Source: Marsupella aquatica
Lineage: Eukaryota; Plantae; Marchantiophyta
Assembly: GCA_973895155.1 (NCBI GenBank)
Contig: OZ316891.1
Location: 21,837,168-21,901,167 of the forward strand
Direction: 5' to 3'
DNA: 64,000 nucleotides
Position 1 is the stretch's first letter. Each line of letters opens with the position of its first letter. Shown here one piece after another: positions 34,473 to 47,549 of this stretch. The notes beneath the pieces are model-generated. The model was given only the letters and a program-made list of their open reading frames with translations, was not told the origin of the DNA and did not search any database. The translations under genes were made by a program, and so were the position numbers.

Positions 34473-37121
34473 TGTCACCTGCTTATCAAACGATTTACAC
34501 GACAAATACGTGTTTCCTCCTACTAAAATTGTTTGTTATCGTATGACGGGAACGTGGAGGGACGCTATTAGGATTCTATTGCATGTAGGATGAGTATGTT
34601 TGATTCCGCTCCCGGAAGTGTAATTTTTGATCAAGTCTACCGACTAGCCCCTCTGCTTTTGATCAAGTCCCATGGACTACGCCACACACACACTCCTACT
34701 GGTCGCTGGTGGAGTGCTGTCACCACCCCCCCTACTCACACAGTCGACCAATCCGTGCAAGTATTCCTTAGACACTTCTTGGGAAAGAACACAATCGTGA
34801 GCCGAAAAAGATAACGCCACACCAAAATTTGAGGAATCAAACCAAATCCATATCTTTTGGCAAAAAATGGTAACACATTGCAAGGACAACCCAGCCTCCT
34901 GCCGTCTGCCCAACTCCTGCCTCGCTGGGGCAAGCGCTACACCTCTACCTCACTAGTCTGGCTTGAATTGCCCTTCTGGCTATGAGCTAACTTCCCTAAT
35001 ACCAACACTAGACTGAGTTCCCCCCCTCACTACTACGGGGCTCTCCCCCTAAATACTCAAAACAACACACCAAAGCACCCCTCACGGGGTCACAAGGATG
35101 GCGGCTACCCTAGCGGCACCGCTAAAACCTTCACAAAAGAAATCCCTAATCCTAAAGCATGCGACACACACATGCTCCTCAAACCCTAATCTAACAATGG
35201 GACTGACGATGCCTTCGATGGCGCCCCAACATTGCTCCGTGAACCGCGAAAATGCAAGGGACCCCACAATTGCCGAAACTAGGTGCCACTCTGAGTGCAC
35301 CTCTGAGCTCACCTCTGGGTAGCCCTACTCCTCCTGATCATGAATCACAAAACCGCTCTTGAAACGGACGTCGAACGACCAAGTTATGGCCGTTTCAGTA
35401 TCACTTACTCACCAACTTCGTCGGGCTCTAATTTACTCATCCTGGCTCCGTTTGAGGAGCGCCGCTTCTTGTTGAAATCAGCTCCGCGAGCTCCTTCCAA
35501 CAAGCCCGTGAGTGCACCCTTCCAAAAAGTTTCAAAATCCAGAGGTCGTATGACAAGTCCGTACGGCTACCCTAGTCCTCCTCCTCCTCACTCACGGTGC
35601 CATGGCTTGAGCCCCGTGAGTCGGTCTCTCATCACTCCTCCTCCTCACTCACGGTGCCCTGGCTTGAGCCCCGTGAGTTGGTCTCCTCATCGCTCCTCCT
35701 CCTTCTTACTCATGGTGCCCTGGCTTGAGCCCCTTGAGTTGGTCTCCTCATCGCTCTCCATTGGAGTGGATACCACTCCGCTAAACAAGGATTCACTTGA
35801 GTCCACCACCTCCTATCCTATCTATCTACCCTGCCTACCCACCTCAATCCTCTTGATCGCCACCACCGGTCTGTTGTAAAAGGAGGGGGCCCCTATAATT
35901 GTCGAAACTAAAATTTTATCAGAATTCACTTCTGAAAACATATTTGAGGAGCCCTTCTCTTCTTGATCATGGCTCCGTAAACGGTGCACAAAACGGAGGT
36001 CAAACGGCCAAGATATGGTCGTTTAAGTTTTCAGGGGACCGTCTCCCTCCGTTTCGTCCGTACAACACCAAGGGGCCCCAGCTTTGCAAAACACGGATCA
36101 CGGGTTCCCCGTATGTGTTGCTACCTCCTCCTTCCAAAGCCGGGACTTCCTGCCATACGGACGTCCGTACGGCCTCAAAATCCCCGTATTCTCAAAAATC
36201 GCGATTTGTTGTATCTCCCTCGTCTTAGCTCCGTTTTGGCCGTGTGACACATCGTTGGATTCAGCTCAACGAGCTCTTTCCAGCAAGCCCGTAGACTCCT
36301 GATTTTGAGATGGTCGAAAATCTGATGTTTGTACAACTAGGGTCCGTACACACGGTGGAAGCAAGCACAAGAGGGAAAGGGTTTAGGGTTTAGGTATGGG
36401 TAGAAACCCCACAAGTGAGAATAAAGAAAAAGGGAAGGAAGAAAGTGTGAGGGCCCATTCTACGGATGTGTTCTTCTACGGAGTGCCCCTTTACGGAGTG
36501 GGGAAGGGAAAGAGAGCAAAAACCATGTGAGAACCACACAAAGGGTGAAGGGGAACACAAGTGTGGGAACCCCTCCCTTCTAAGGGCCCTCCCACCATCA
36601 CTACTCCAAGATTGCTTAGTTTGTCGTTTTACGGGCATTGAGGTCCCTCAAGATGTCACTGTTTGATATGAACCTAAAATCAACTAGAGAACCTCAGTTT
36701 CGCATGGGGCTCATTGAGGGCTTCAAAATGAATCCAAACATGACCATGTTTGGAATAGTACTAGCGCAGCAACGTCTGTTTTAAGTTTCAATGTTTTCTA
36801 TATTTTGGTCATTCTTCCCATTTTGCGTCAAACGTGGAGCCTCCGACCAGCCCCCACCCCTCCAAGATGCCCACACCTTGGCTCCAAGTCCTTGGACTGC
36901 CTTGTGGCCTCCTTGTACCCCCTCAATGGTTCCCTTGTCATCCATCACCGCCCTACACCCCTCTCAACTCCGGCCTCCAGTTGTCGCATCCATTTATTAG
37001 AACTAACAAAAATAAAAAATTTGAAAATCCAACCACTTTTACTACACCTACTTATCTTTCTACCTATATACGCTATTATAAGTCATCACTGAGTTACTAT
37101 CGGGTTTGGGGCCCTGTCACA
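34473..37121. mobile_element. 2649-bp solo-LTR-like insertion (mirror of 49734-52382)
   Basis: TG...CA termini, 5-bp TSD GTCCA, no recognisable protein; internal repeats of about 57-60 bp at 35575-35760. Confidence 0.85.
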
Positions 37122-37306
37122 GTCCAGTATGTTCATGAGATTGGACCTCCAAAACCGGTGTCACAGGGGCTGATGAAGAATGTAGTGAACCCTCTAGCGC
37201 TTTGATGAGAGCTCTAGCATCCAATTGTAAATCATGGCAACTAAAAAGTGTTGTAAGAATCCTTTGTGCCATACCAGAGGTGAAATGCTCAAGCAGCTCA
37301 AGAGAA

Positions 37307-38137
37307 ACGAGTTATGGTCCGATCCGGGTTTGGCCGATTGGGGGTCCCAAGCGACGATACCAGCACCCACGTCCAGAACAGCTCCTTCCTTGGGCGCAGC
37401 CCAGGTTTCCCCTCGTACCTATCAATCACCAACTGAACGTGTAGCTTGTGCTAAAGCTTGTCCCAACACGTCGGGACCATAATGGCCCCAACTATAGCAG
37501 CCAACTCCTGTTTCTTGCCCCACTGATGGTCTAGGGGCCAAGTGCACTTGGAACTCAACCTCCATGCCTACTTGGTCTTGCCTCCCCAACGCAAGCTCCC
37601 TTGAGAGACTGAATGCGACTTGGTTGCTATTTCAGCAGGATTTTGCAAGCGGGCAAGAGAGCCCCTGCAAACCCCAAGAACCTATGGCACCCTCAAACCC
37701 AGATGAGCTCAAGAGGACATAACCCTTCTTGAGAGATTTCCAATGCACCCAAGAAGTCCCCCAACGGACTTCTCGTTGGGAAGTTATTGTCATTTTCGTT
37801 TGGCATTACCCCTTAGTGTTGCGATCGTTGTGGCTCACGACTTTGGCTTGCCCTTTAGCCCCCAAGGAGACATTACTCCCCTCATATATGCTTCTGGAGA
37901 TCTGCCACCCTAGACCAACTTTGGTCCCCAAATTTTGGCCCCCCACCTGGACCCCAACCCGCATGTCTGGGCGCGTCACAAACCTGGCAATGCCCATAAC
38001 TTTCTAGTTAGGTGTCCGCAAGCAGAGTGCCTTAGCCTGTTGCAATTGGGCAAACCCAGTGCTCATGCCTAGGCCCTTACATCCCATCGTCGCTTGGGAC
38101 CCCCAATCGGCCAAACCCGGATCGGACCATAACTCGT
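37307..38137. repeat. Perfect 52-bp inverted repeat (37307-37358 / 38086-38137) at the inner junction of the large duplication
   Basis: ACGAGTTATGGTCCGATCCGGGTTTGGCCGATTGGGGGTCCCAAGCGACGAT and its exact reverse complement. Confidence 0.92.
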
Positions 38138-38527
38138 GCCCCAAGCGTTTGTTGCCCATGGAGTCAACTCCATTGGCCTTGGGCCCAAGAGGAGCTCTCA
38201 CTCAAGCCCTCAGAACTCAAAGTCCGTTTAGGGGTCTGGACGGTTGACCTTGAGCCCGGCCCTTTTTCCCTTGACCCGACCAGCCCTCAACTAGTCTAAG
38301 TCCTTAGTGTGTGTCACTAGCTTAGCGCCTTGCCTTCGCCAGAGTCACGCCCTGTTGCCCACAAGTCTCCCCATGCTAAGTCCTCCCCGGATGGCTTATT
38401 CGGGCCTGGACCATAAGGGAGCTCGGCGTCAGAGTCAGCAATGCTAGAGCTAAGTGTTAAGGTAGTCGAGTTTCACAACTTGGTCCCACTCTGTCTCACT
38501 CTAGAGAGCTTCTTCATCACTGTTACA
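37359..38527 (-). mobile_element. Probable LTR fragment
   Basis: GC-richer non-coding block ending TGTTACA (minus strand starts TGTAACA), followed by an abrupt shift to AT-rich DNA. The other end is missing. Confidence 0.35.
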
Positions 38528-40294
38528 TGTCCCCACCATAGTCATATTGAAGCCCCCAATAAACTTGACCTAAAAATGGACCAACACCATGAATCAGTTG
38601 CACTCTAAATCAAGTTTTAAAAGTTCCCAAGATTATAGAAAATGTTTATTTCCATTAGAACATGCTGCCTTATAGTGTTTTCACATCTTATTGTCTTCAC
38701 TTCTATAAGAGAAATTATAATTGATGAATGATAAACAACATGCATGCAGAGTGTATGTGTCCCAAATTTAGTTATATTTGAACAGGACAAGATAGGAACA
38801 TATTGGGCCTGTTGCGTGCCCTTATCCCTTCAAGAAGAAGATATGAAGGTACATATATATTGATTGTCTTACTATATACTATATCCCTAAAACAAATAAA
38901 ACACCCCTTACTTCGTTCACACATGATGTCAAATTAAATTTGTGTAAGCTAGTGACCCCCCCAAGCTAAGACGTACCTTTTGGCTTAGGATACATATTTG
39001 GGTATTCCCTTGGACATTATATACATTTGGGTATATGCAAACATATATGGAAAAAACACATGTATGGACACATGTACCAATTAAGAATGGACATGTGCAC
39101 TACCACTAATGTAATGCCATGTGTTGTTACCTCTTGATCCCCCCTTCCATAGAAGTAAAAATGAGAACATTTAAAAGGGTCTTGCAAAATAGGAGGTTCA
39201 AGAATATATGTGGAGGTTACTTACTTGTAAAATAATTATAAAAATTATTGCGGAAGGGATAAAATTGACCCTTGAATGGTTCTCACATCCTCCCCGTATT
39301 AGAAAGGAGTGGGGGCCCAGGGATCGCAGTAGGTAATCTCCATACTCTATCAATTTATTTCATGCATCTTTCATGCATTTATGGGGATTGAAACATTTAC
39401 TGTCCACACAGATTTTCCAAGACCGTGCAGATACACACCCCAGAACAATGGAGGACCTCAATGAAGACAGTGGTGGAAATTAGTCAATGCATCGGCCGCT
39501 AGGGGTTATGTGTGGGGTGCAATTTGGGTTTGGCGTACGCATTTCTAAGAGATTTGTTCCATGATTAGACCATTCATAGTGTAGTAATTTTAATTAGTAC
39601 ACCATTGCTTGAATTGATCAAGTAATGCTTTTGTTGAGTTATTTTAATCAATGCGTCAACAATCAGCAACCGTCCACCAACGATCGGCAAGGGTATAACC
39701 ACTGTGCCAGAAAATAGTAAAAAGGAAACAACAAACAGAAAACAGTAAATAGCAAATGGATAAGTTTTTTTTGAAATTTTTTTGAAATTTTTTTTGGAGT
39801 TATTTGTTTTTGGAAATTTTTTTTGGGGGTTTGTATTTTTGTCATTTTTTTACTAGCGTCCCAAGCTAGTAATAGTAGCGTCTGGCGCTAGCCAAAAATG
39901 ATCATTTTTAAAAATATTTTGAAAATTTTGAGTTTTAATGAGAAATTTTTTATATTTCATTTTTGCTCATAATAGTAAAATTTTGCTCATAACAGGAAAT
40001 CATTTTCCTGTTTCTTGGCATGGTGTAAAGCCTCATCGGCATCAACGAACAACAAACAATTTACAAACAAATCAACAAGCTTTATTGAGCACCTTTGCTG
40101 GTCCGCACAATTCAGAAACTGAGAGTGTCCACTCCTTTCTCATTTTTCCAAGTAATCTCTTGCAAAATGAAACCTTGCCGCAAGGTATCACTAAGTTGAG
40201 CCAAACTCACCCGCTAGCCATGTGGGACTCCAAGTCTATAGTTACACATAGCAAGACCCTGCTAATGTTGCTTTACATGCCAATCGGCATGATA

Positions 40295-40317
<23 letters not shown>
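40295..40317. repeat. (CT)n microsatellite
   Basis: Visible CT dinucleotide run. Confidence 0.9.
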
Positions 40318-40325
<8 letters not shown>

Positions 40326-40899
40326 GCTCTACTAGTGCCGGAAGGCTCAACTTGAAAGAATGAGGAGCTAATCCTCATTCTCCAAGGTATACCTCCCGGG
40401 ATACCTCCATGGCACAAAAGGCATGGTAACCTGGGTGAACAGGCCATCCCTAGTAGGTGACCTGCTATACCACGTCACCCTCCCAAATCCACAACTTACA
40501 CAACATGTGTAACCAACAAAGTTGCAACCCAAATGCAACATGGAGTGACAGCCAACATAGATCCATGGATCCCATTTTTTCCCAAGTCCAAACAAAACTC
40601 AACAAAAATTGATAACCAATGTATTGAATGTATCCCCAGTTTAGTCCATATGAAGAGTTGATAGAAGCTGCCAAAGGCGGTGAGAATGGATATGAACCAA
40701 AGGGCCAGGTGGAGAGCCAAATTTCATCACAAGCAGGTGATATGTAGGGTGTGACCATGGACACTAGAGCAGAAGTTGAAGTTTCAGCTACCAAGAGACC
40801 TGTTCAGAATTGGGCTAGAGCAAGTGGTGGACAGCGGTAAAGTAGAAGCTGATGCAGAATTAGGAACTTAGCACAGCCTTAGTATATCTTGTTCTCACC

Positions 40900-42037
40900 A
40901 CAACAGGATGAGATGAGTGACATAGGGTTTGGAAAATTGCGCCCTGAGCGGATTATGTTTCATGATTGCAAAGTAGTGCCAATAGGGTATTTTGTAGTGT
41001 TGTTGACAAAGCTTGTGAAGCCAAAGACTCCTTTGTCAGTTCCTAATTTGAATGATGACCCACCATAGACAGATACTTTGAATGAGCTCTTTGGTGTTGT
41101 GGCCAATAGATTACATAGGGACAGCTGAAATGTGTGATCTGTATTTTTGAATACTTAAAATAGATGCATGATTGGTGCCAATGTCACCAAGACATTTCAT
41201 ATTGCAAGAATCCTGGTATTTCCATTGATCATGTTGTGACAACTTTGATTGTATTGAATTATGCATTTATGTTCATTAGTCAATATGAGTTCTAAGATCT
41301 TGTCTCCCTGTTTTCATGTAAAATTTGTATGGACTTGCTTTGATTTTTGGGATGTAATGAGTTAACTTTTACAAGTCTCAATTTGTCAGTTATGGTCATG
41401 GTTCTAGTTCTATGTAGAGGCCACATGTGACTCACGTCAAGTCAAAATTATGAACACTTGGTCAAAAAACACTTCAGTATGCGGTCGTTAACTAGAATAA
41501 ATAAATGAGTCATTGCTGGTCATTAAGTTATGACCGTTATATATTTATTACATCATGGTCCCCAATACGACTGACCAGTCTAGCCCAATCTTTAAATGTC
41601 AATGTCATGAACTACCCATTGTCACCGTTGGTCCCAAATGCGACCATGTACTATTGACTTTTAAGACCAACTACTGTAGTCGTTATCAGTCGCCCGTGTT
41701 TCGATATTGAACCATAGCACCATTCATATGTGCAAAGGCTACTCTTCCTCGCTGCCTGTTTGTGACTAATTTATACCTCATCTTGAGTCAAGAAAATAAC
41801 TACGTTGTAGTTTTTCCTAAGATTGTAGCATTTCTCATTCAGAAGTGCACAAGTACGGATCTTGTCTATATTAGTCACAAACCGTGTCTTAAAGCCTAGT
41901 AGTAGAGATGATCAAGTCACTTTAAATAAGGCACTCTGTCAAACTTACAACTGACTTTATACCCTCCAAACTTTAGTCACAAGGAGTCATGGGCAGTCCT
42001 AAAACCTAGTCATATAACAAGGCGGTTTCTACTAGTG
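40900..42037 (+). mobile_element. 3' remnant of a CACTA-1-related element
   Basis: About 40955-41070 translates as FHDCKVVPIGYFVVLLTKLVKPKTPLSVPNLNDDPP*, homologous to the CACTA-1 TnpA C-terminus. GTGACT/AGTCA repeats follow, then terminus GGCGGTTTCTACTAGTG ending 42037. Confidence 0.8.
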
Positions 42038-43690
42038 CCAGATGGGATCCACGGATCCCATTTGGTATTCACCCGCCAAAATTTTCCCTTTTTGTACTTC
42101 GCACCTTGATATCAAGGTTTGAATACCAACAAGGATCCATGGATCCCATTGTCGATCCAACTTCAAAACAATTTCAGATTCTTCCTTGCATATCAAAACC
42201 CCAATTAATCACATCCATTTTTTACTCTTTAGAGATTTGTACGGACCAATCAACAAATTAACCTACCTGAAAATGGAGGCAAATACCAAGTGGGTTTGTG
42301 GACCCAACCTCAGATTCAAAGTCCCAAATTGGCCCTCGGCCACAAGCCACTCATCCATTTTCACATTTGAACCAAATTGGATCCCATTTGGTCTTTGTAA
42401 AGTTCTTATCACTCTTTGTAGAGTTCTAGATTTGTAAAAAAAATGTTCTAATACCAAATGGGATCCATGGATCCCACTTGGTATTCGTACAAGTTTTCAT
42501 GACTTTTTCCTTTCAAGATTTGTGAAATAACATGTTTGAATTATACCAAATGGGATACCCCGTATCCCACTTGGTATTATATTCCTCTTAAAGTTTTTAT
42601 CTTTTGTTGATTCTTTGAGATTTAAATGTAATATGATTTTTTGCAAAATTTTGCCTGGTCTCTGATTTTTTATTTTTTATTTTTGAAGCGCAAAGTGAGG
42701 AGCTGAAGCTTCTTAGCTCTTCTTTCTAACAGTGTCAATTATAAGGAATTTGGATAAATAGCAGTCACAAAGACATGGCTTCCAAACCGTGAGAGGATAC
42801 AAACTTAATTTTCTGCAATTTTGTAATTTCACCCAACAACATAATTTGGTCATATCTTAGTCAATGGTTCGTTGTTTTGGACTCAGTATGGACCAATTTA
42901 ATGTGCACGCTATGATGAAAGCTTTTCAATCCACTATTTGGATTTGATTGAGTTACACATAGAAACACATGAATTCTTGTCAAAACTAGTGATGAAGAAG
43001 TTAAGTATGAGTTTGGATCATTCCAAGACGAGTTTCAAGACTATATGAGCTAGATAGGGTCTTTGAATTTGACTTGGAGAAAATATTTGAGTGTGCTTAA
43101 GGGCTCAAAGTTAAGAATAACCTAGATGGTATCTCACTTTGGATTAAATTCCTCAATTTTATGGCTTGCACATTCCAAAAGCCTCATATCCTTGGATTGA
43201 ATCTGAAGTGAAATATATATGTGGTATCCCATTTTGTATTCAACTCCTCAACTTATAGCTTGTGCATTCCAAAAGCCTCATATCCTTGGGTTGAATCCAA
43301 AATGGGATACGTGGTATCCCATGTGCGCCACTTCACATTCCTCCTTCTAGTTTCAACTCATAAGTTTATAGATCACCAATTCGAACCTCCTAATTGCTTT
43401 TATTTTGATGACATACAAAAGTGTATTAAGATTTGGGATTTGATGAGAGAAAGAGAAAAAAGACACAAAGAAAAATGAGTGTTGTATTTTTGTCAAGACA
43501 CTTCTATTTACACTCTTTTTTGTTGACCGTGGTTAGTTTTTGACCATAGTCAAGGCACAGTCGATTAAAAATTACCGTTAAAAAGGAATTTTGGGGGAAT
43601 GTTCTGCACGGGTAATATACTGATATTTGAGATTTTTTTTTCAACCCGAAGTGGGATGCAAAATGGGATACTTGTATCCCACATTCGGAT
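42038..43690. repeat. Dispersed short palindromes ATACCAAATGGGAT(C/A)C-Nn-G(G/T)ATCCCACTTGGTAT
   Basis: Copies near 42038, 42123, 42451, 42543, 43297 and 43661, plus half sites. Confidence 0.75.
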
Positions 43691-43854
43691 TCAATTACTT
43701 TTATCCCATTTTTTGCAACCAAAAACTTGGTTTTTACAAAGGAATGCAGAATCTATATCCAATACTTTTTTTGCCTTAGATTTTTTTTTGCCATGGACAA
43801 AACAAGAAGTGTGTTCACATTCTCGTTTGGTCCGTCACTAATCTTAAGTGTCTT

Positions 43855-44115
43855 TTGAGATGTAGAGAAGGGGGAGTTAGCCTAAATCCCAATAAATGTA
43901 CTTTCTTTGTGCCATAGGGAAAAATATTAGGCCATATAGTTTGTAAACAAGGCTTGTTAGTAGATCCAAATAAAATCAAGATTATGAAAGAAACACCGGT
44001 ACCTACAAGTGCAACCCAAGGAAGAAGGTTTCTGGGAAGTGGAGGTATTTATCGACAATATGTTAAAGGATATTCACAAATCAGTGCTCCTTTGGCACGA
44101 TTAACGGGATTAACA
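43855..44115 (+). pseudogene. Old Ty3/Gypsy RT C-terminal fragment
   Basis: LNPNKCTFF..GKILGHIVCKQGLLVDPNKI...RRFLGSGGIYRQYVKGYSQISAPL. Confidence 0.8.
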
Positions 44116-45103
44116 GGAAGTCAATTTCAATTCAAGCCTGTAATGGCAAAATGTCATCTGGTGTTCTAGTTGATCGTTTAGAAGCCATGCCTGGAAAAGA
44201 TGTGGACTCTTTGAGGGAACAAATTGTGGCCCGAGACTTCAACAATATAGATATGCATTTTGAGTTCGCTCAAAGTTTTATTGGTCAATTTGGTTGACAA
44301 AAGTTGGAGACAAGTTTGATCTAGAGGTTCAAAGGCGGCAAGCAAACGCTATGTGTATCATTTTTTTGTCGATCAAGAGTTGTCAAATCATGATTTGTAT
44401 TTTTGGATTTATCCTTTGTGTTGGGTTGGGCAAGCATAAGTCAAGATGCAAGTGGAAACGTTACATTTCTAGAGTAATCTATGTATCCTGCAGCCACAAT
44501 TCACCCAAAGCGGGACCTCTCTGCTTGGGAAGTCTTCAATATTTGTCCTTGGTATCTTAATAGTGATCAGTGGTCCACTGCTTTTGATTAGACTGAGAAG
44601 TCTGCTAATGCAAAGATTATGAAGGGGGAAGAGCTAGCCAAAGTATATTCTTTCATAAATAAATTTTGGGCCAGTGGAGAAGGAAGATCTTGCTTGCAGC
44701 GTGTTCATGGAAGATGTTTGTTCTCGGCAAGGCGGTAATATTGACCGCACCAGAGAGTCAAAGGGAAAGGCCACTGTTGTTTTGAAAGCAGATTCTCATA
44801 AAGTCACAATGTCACAACTCAGTTTGAAACCAAATAAGTAGTCGCAGCAAGGCTCGCTTGCAATATAGGATCATTTTAATATTCTTCCTGTTATTTTGGT
44901 AAAATTGTCTAAATCATCTTTTTTTTCAAAAAGGAAACATTCGACAAGTGATGTGTCCCAAGATCCAAAAGAGGAGAATGAGGCGGAAGGTAGAGAAATA
45001 TATTCCTGAAGAGAGTCCAGTTTTGAAGCAGACTTTAAAGAGGGCAGCTGATTTGGGAACTCAGCTCAAAGAAGAAGAAAAGAGCTTGGCAGGTCATTGA
45101 TCG

Positions 45104-45829
45104 TGTCATGCCGAGGGACAATGCCTCTTATGCACATCGGCATGTCCCTCGCATGCCCGCTAGGTATGTAGTTAGGGCTAGTGTACTACTTGAGTTAGCA
45201 ACATGTTCTTGTAGCAAGCTAGTCTGGGCCGTTCTTGAAGCAAACATGCTTGTTAGTGAGACACCAGGACTTTGCTTACTTAGGGCATGCCTTTCTTTGT
45301 TAGTTTTCACTTCTTCTTGAATCTCTGTTGATAGAGCTCAGACAGTGCTCGTCGGTTTGGTACATGGGATTCACGAAGTGATTCATTAGATGTTCCCAAT
45401 CGATCTTGGCATCTCGCCGGTTTTCGATTCAATTTCAGTACGCTTGTTTATCTTACGCCTTTTATTCAAGAAGAACTGTCAAGATAGCAGTGCCCTAGGG
45501 AATCACTCGTTGGATTATTAGAACGGGGTGCGAACAAATGAAGGTTCTTTTTAATCTTGTTGGTGTAATAATTATAATCAAAAATTTGTAATAAAGGCGT
45601 TTAAAAATCCAATTTTGGTAAAAATATTAGTTTTTATATTCAGCAAGGTATTTAAAAATTTGTCAAAGCCATATAATCAAGGGTACAAGGGTATTTTTAA
45701 TTGAATTTATTTTTTAATTTATTTTTTCAAATTTCATTAGTTTGTTCTCACGTGTTTTAGGGGTTTTACTCTAAGTGATTCCCCAGGGTAGTGGTGAGGG
45801 GAAGAAGATTGCTTGTGACAATTTTGACA
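45104..45829 (+). mobile_element. Candidate 5' LTR of the methyltransferase-bearing Gypsy element
   Basis: TGTCA...TGACA termini followed by TTTTTGGTGAAGCC (PBS-like TGG at 45835), upstream of the leader and gag. No second LTR is in the window to confirm it. Confidence 0.45.
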
Positions 45830-46309
45830 ATTTTTGGTGAAGCCATTGCAATTTCTTCGACAAACATCGGAGCGACGGACTGAAAGTTATGGGTTTATGT
45901 TGTTATGTGTATACTTAAGTGTATACACATATCAATGCTCTTGACGGGGTCCGGAGTTCCCTTTCCGGTTGCATCCACAACGCCTTTGCTGCTTCCGACT
46001 GTCACTGCCGATTGTTGCCGACTGCCAACCTGCTACCGCAAATTGCTTCCGGCTGCTGCACAGGGCGTTGCGCCTTTGCTTCCATTTCTAGCGACCTTTT
46101 GGGAGTTTGGGGCCCCTTTTTTGTAGGTTTGTATGGCCATTTCCCAGCCACAGCTACTGCGTGACCACCTTTGGACTGCCTCGGCCACCGACTACTTCCT
46201 GGCTGCATAGGGCCGCGCGCTAGTTTTTCTTTCGGCCCTTTCTTACACCCTTTTTGCCTCCATTGCCTTGCCATTCCTTCCGCTTTGGTGTGCAGGCTGT
46301 GCATAGGGT

Positions 46310-46790
46310 TTTAGCATTAAAGCAGGGGAGGGGGAATTCAATTAGACTCCCTTCTCTTGGGAGTAGGTTCACCCGTGGCTAGGCAGGAGCGCAAGGAGAG
46401 GGCACAAAGCCCTATGAAGCTTTAAAGGAGGGGGAGCGAGTGCCAGGAGAGGGCACGAGGCCCTATGAAGCATTAAAGGGGGAGGGGAGGGAAGTACATA
46501 CGACTCCTTCCCTCAGGAGTCCTCTTGCAGGGCACGAAGCCCATCCAACAGCGTTAAGGAGGGGAGGGGGAAGCGAGTGCCAAGAGAGGGCTTGAGGCCC
46601 TAGGCAACATTAAAGGAGGGGAGGGGAGTTCAATTTGAACTCCCTCACATGGGAGTCTTTTGCTAGGGCACGAGGCCCTATGAAGCATTAAAGGGGGAGG
46701 GGAGGGGAGTTCGTAGCCCCCCTCTTCGGGAGCTCATAAGGAGGGTGGAGGGTGCTCAAAGCCCTATGCAGGGCCCGAGCCCATTAAGGG
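46310..46790. repeat. Degenerate G-rich tandem repeats in the Gypsy leader (GGGCACGAGGCCCTATGAAGCATTAAAGGGGGAGGGGAGGG)
   Basis: About 6-7 diverged units of roughly 50-80 bp. Confidence 0.8.
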
Positions 46791-47549
46791 GCCCGTTTCT
46801 TCTTCCTTGCCTCACCGGCTCCCCGTTTCTGTTTTCTTTTTGCCTTGCCCTTTGCCACCCGACTGTCAGTGAATAGGGCACCAATTCTCCTTTTTGCCTT
46901 GCCACTGCCATCGCGAGTTGTCTCCGTATTTCTTTCTCGGGGTCTGGTTGCTACATAGGGATGCGAGCCTGGTTTGTGTAGACACCTCTCGCTTGTGCAT
47001 ACACATTGGGGACCCCTTTTTGCCGTTTCCTCTTGGTTTCGTTCGCTTCATTATTTTGACCCTTTTAGGCAAGGCCCCGATGCCCCGATGCCCCGATGCC
47101 CCGGCCTCCTTGCCTCACACCGTTTGTTTCATTGTGGGTTAATTTTCTAGCCTTGGGGCTGCCATTTCTTTTTCTTGTCAGTTTCTTTCCCGACAGCACC
47201 TCACACCACCAGAAAAAGAGGGGGGGGGGGGTGGAGACATATCCTGTTGCTACCATTTCCAATTTGGCATCTTGGGTACTGTCACACAACATGTCAGCAG
47301 ACAAGCCGGGAGGTAGCAGCTCACCGCCACCAACACCCCGGTACCACTTACGGAGTGATCCACGACCGTTGGTGCCAATTTTATTGGAATCTCAATAATT
47401 TCAATGGCGTCAGTAGATAGCAGCAACACCCACATCACGCAACCCTTATGCTACATTTGGCAGTCGCTTCACCACTACCCCAAAGCCTGCTATTGCTTCT
47501 TTACCCTTTACTTCTTCTGCATCAATGGTTGTTCCAGCTTCACCGACAT

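Larger units (their letters stand above)
28523..37308 (-). repeat. Left arm of a large inverted duplication
   Basis: Position i pairs with 86855-i (86550-i left of the MITE). The ORF sets mirror each other, e.g. 32210..33427(-) and 53428..54645(+) give the same 405-aa translation. Confidence 0.97.

Noticed and set aside
34473-37121. ORFs in the solo LTR (e.g. 35340..35879), apparently conserved in two copies
   Set aside because: The conservation only reflects the recent duplication; no recognisable domains.
221-42037. Pairing the TIR at 221 with the TIR at 42037 as one giant element
   Set aside because: Both lie downstream of a TnpA 3' end, so they are equivalent ends of related elements; the flanks ACA and CCA differ.
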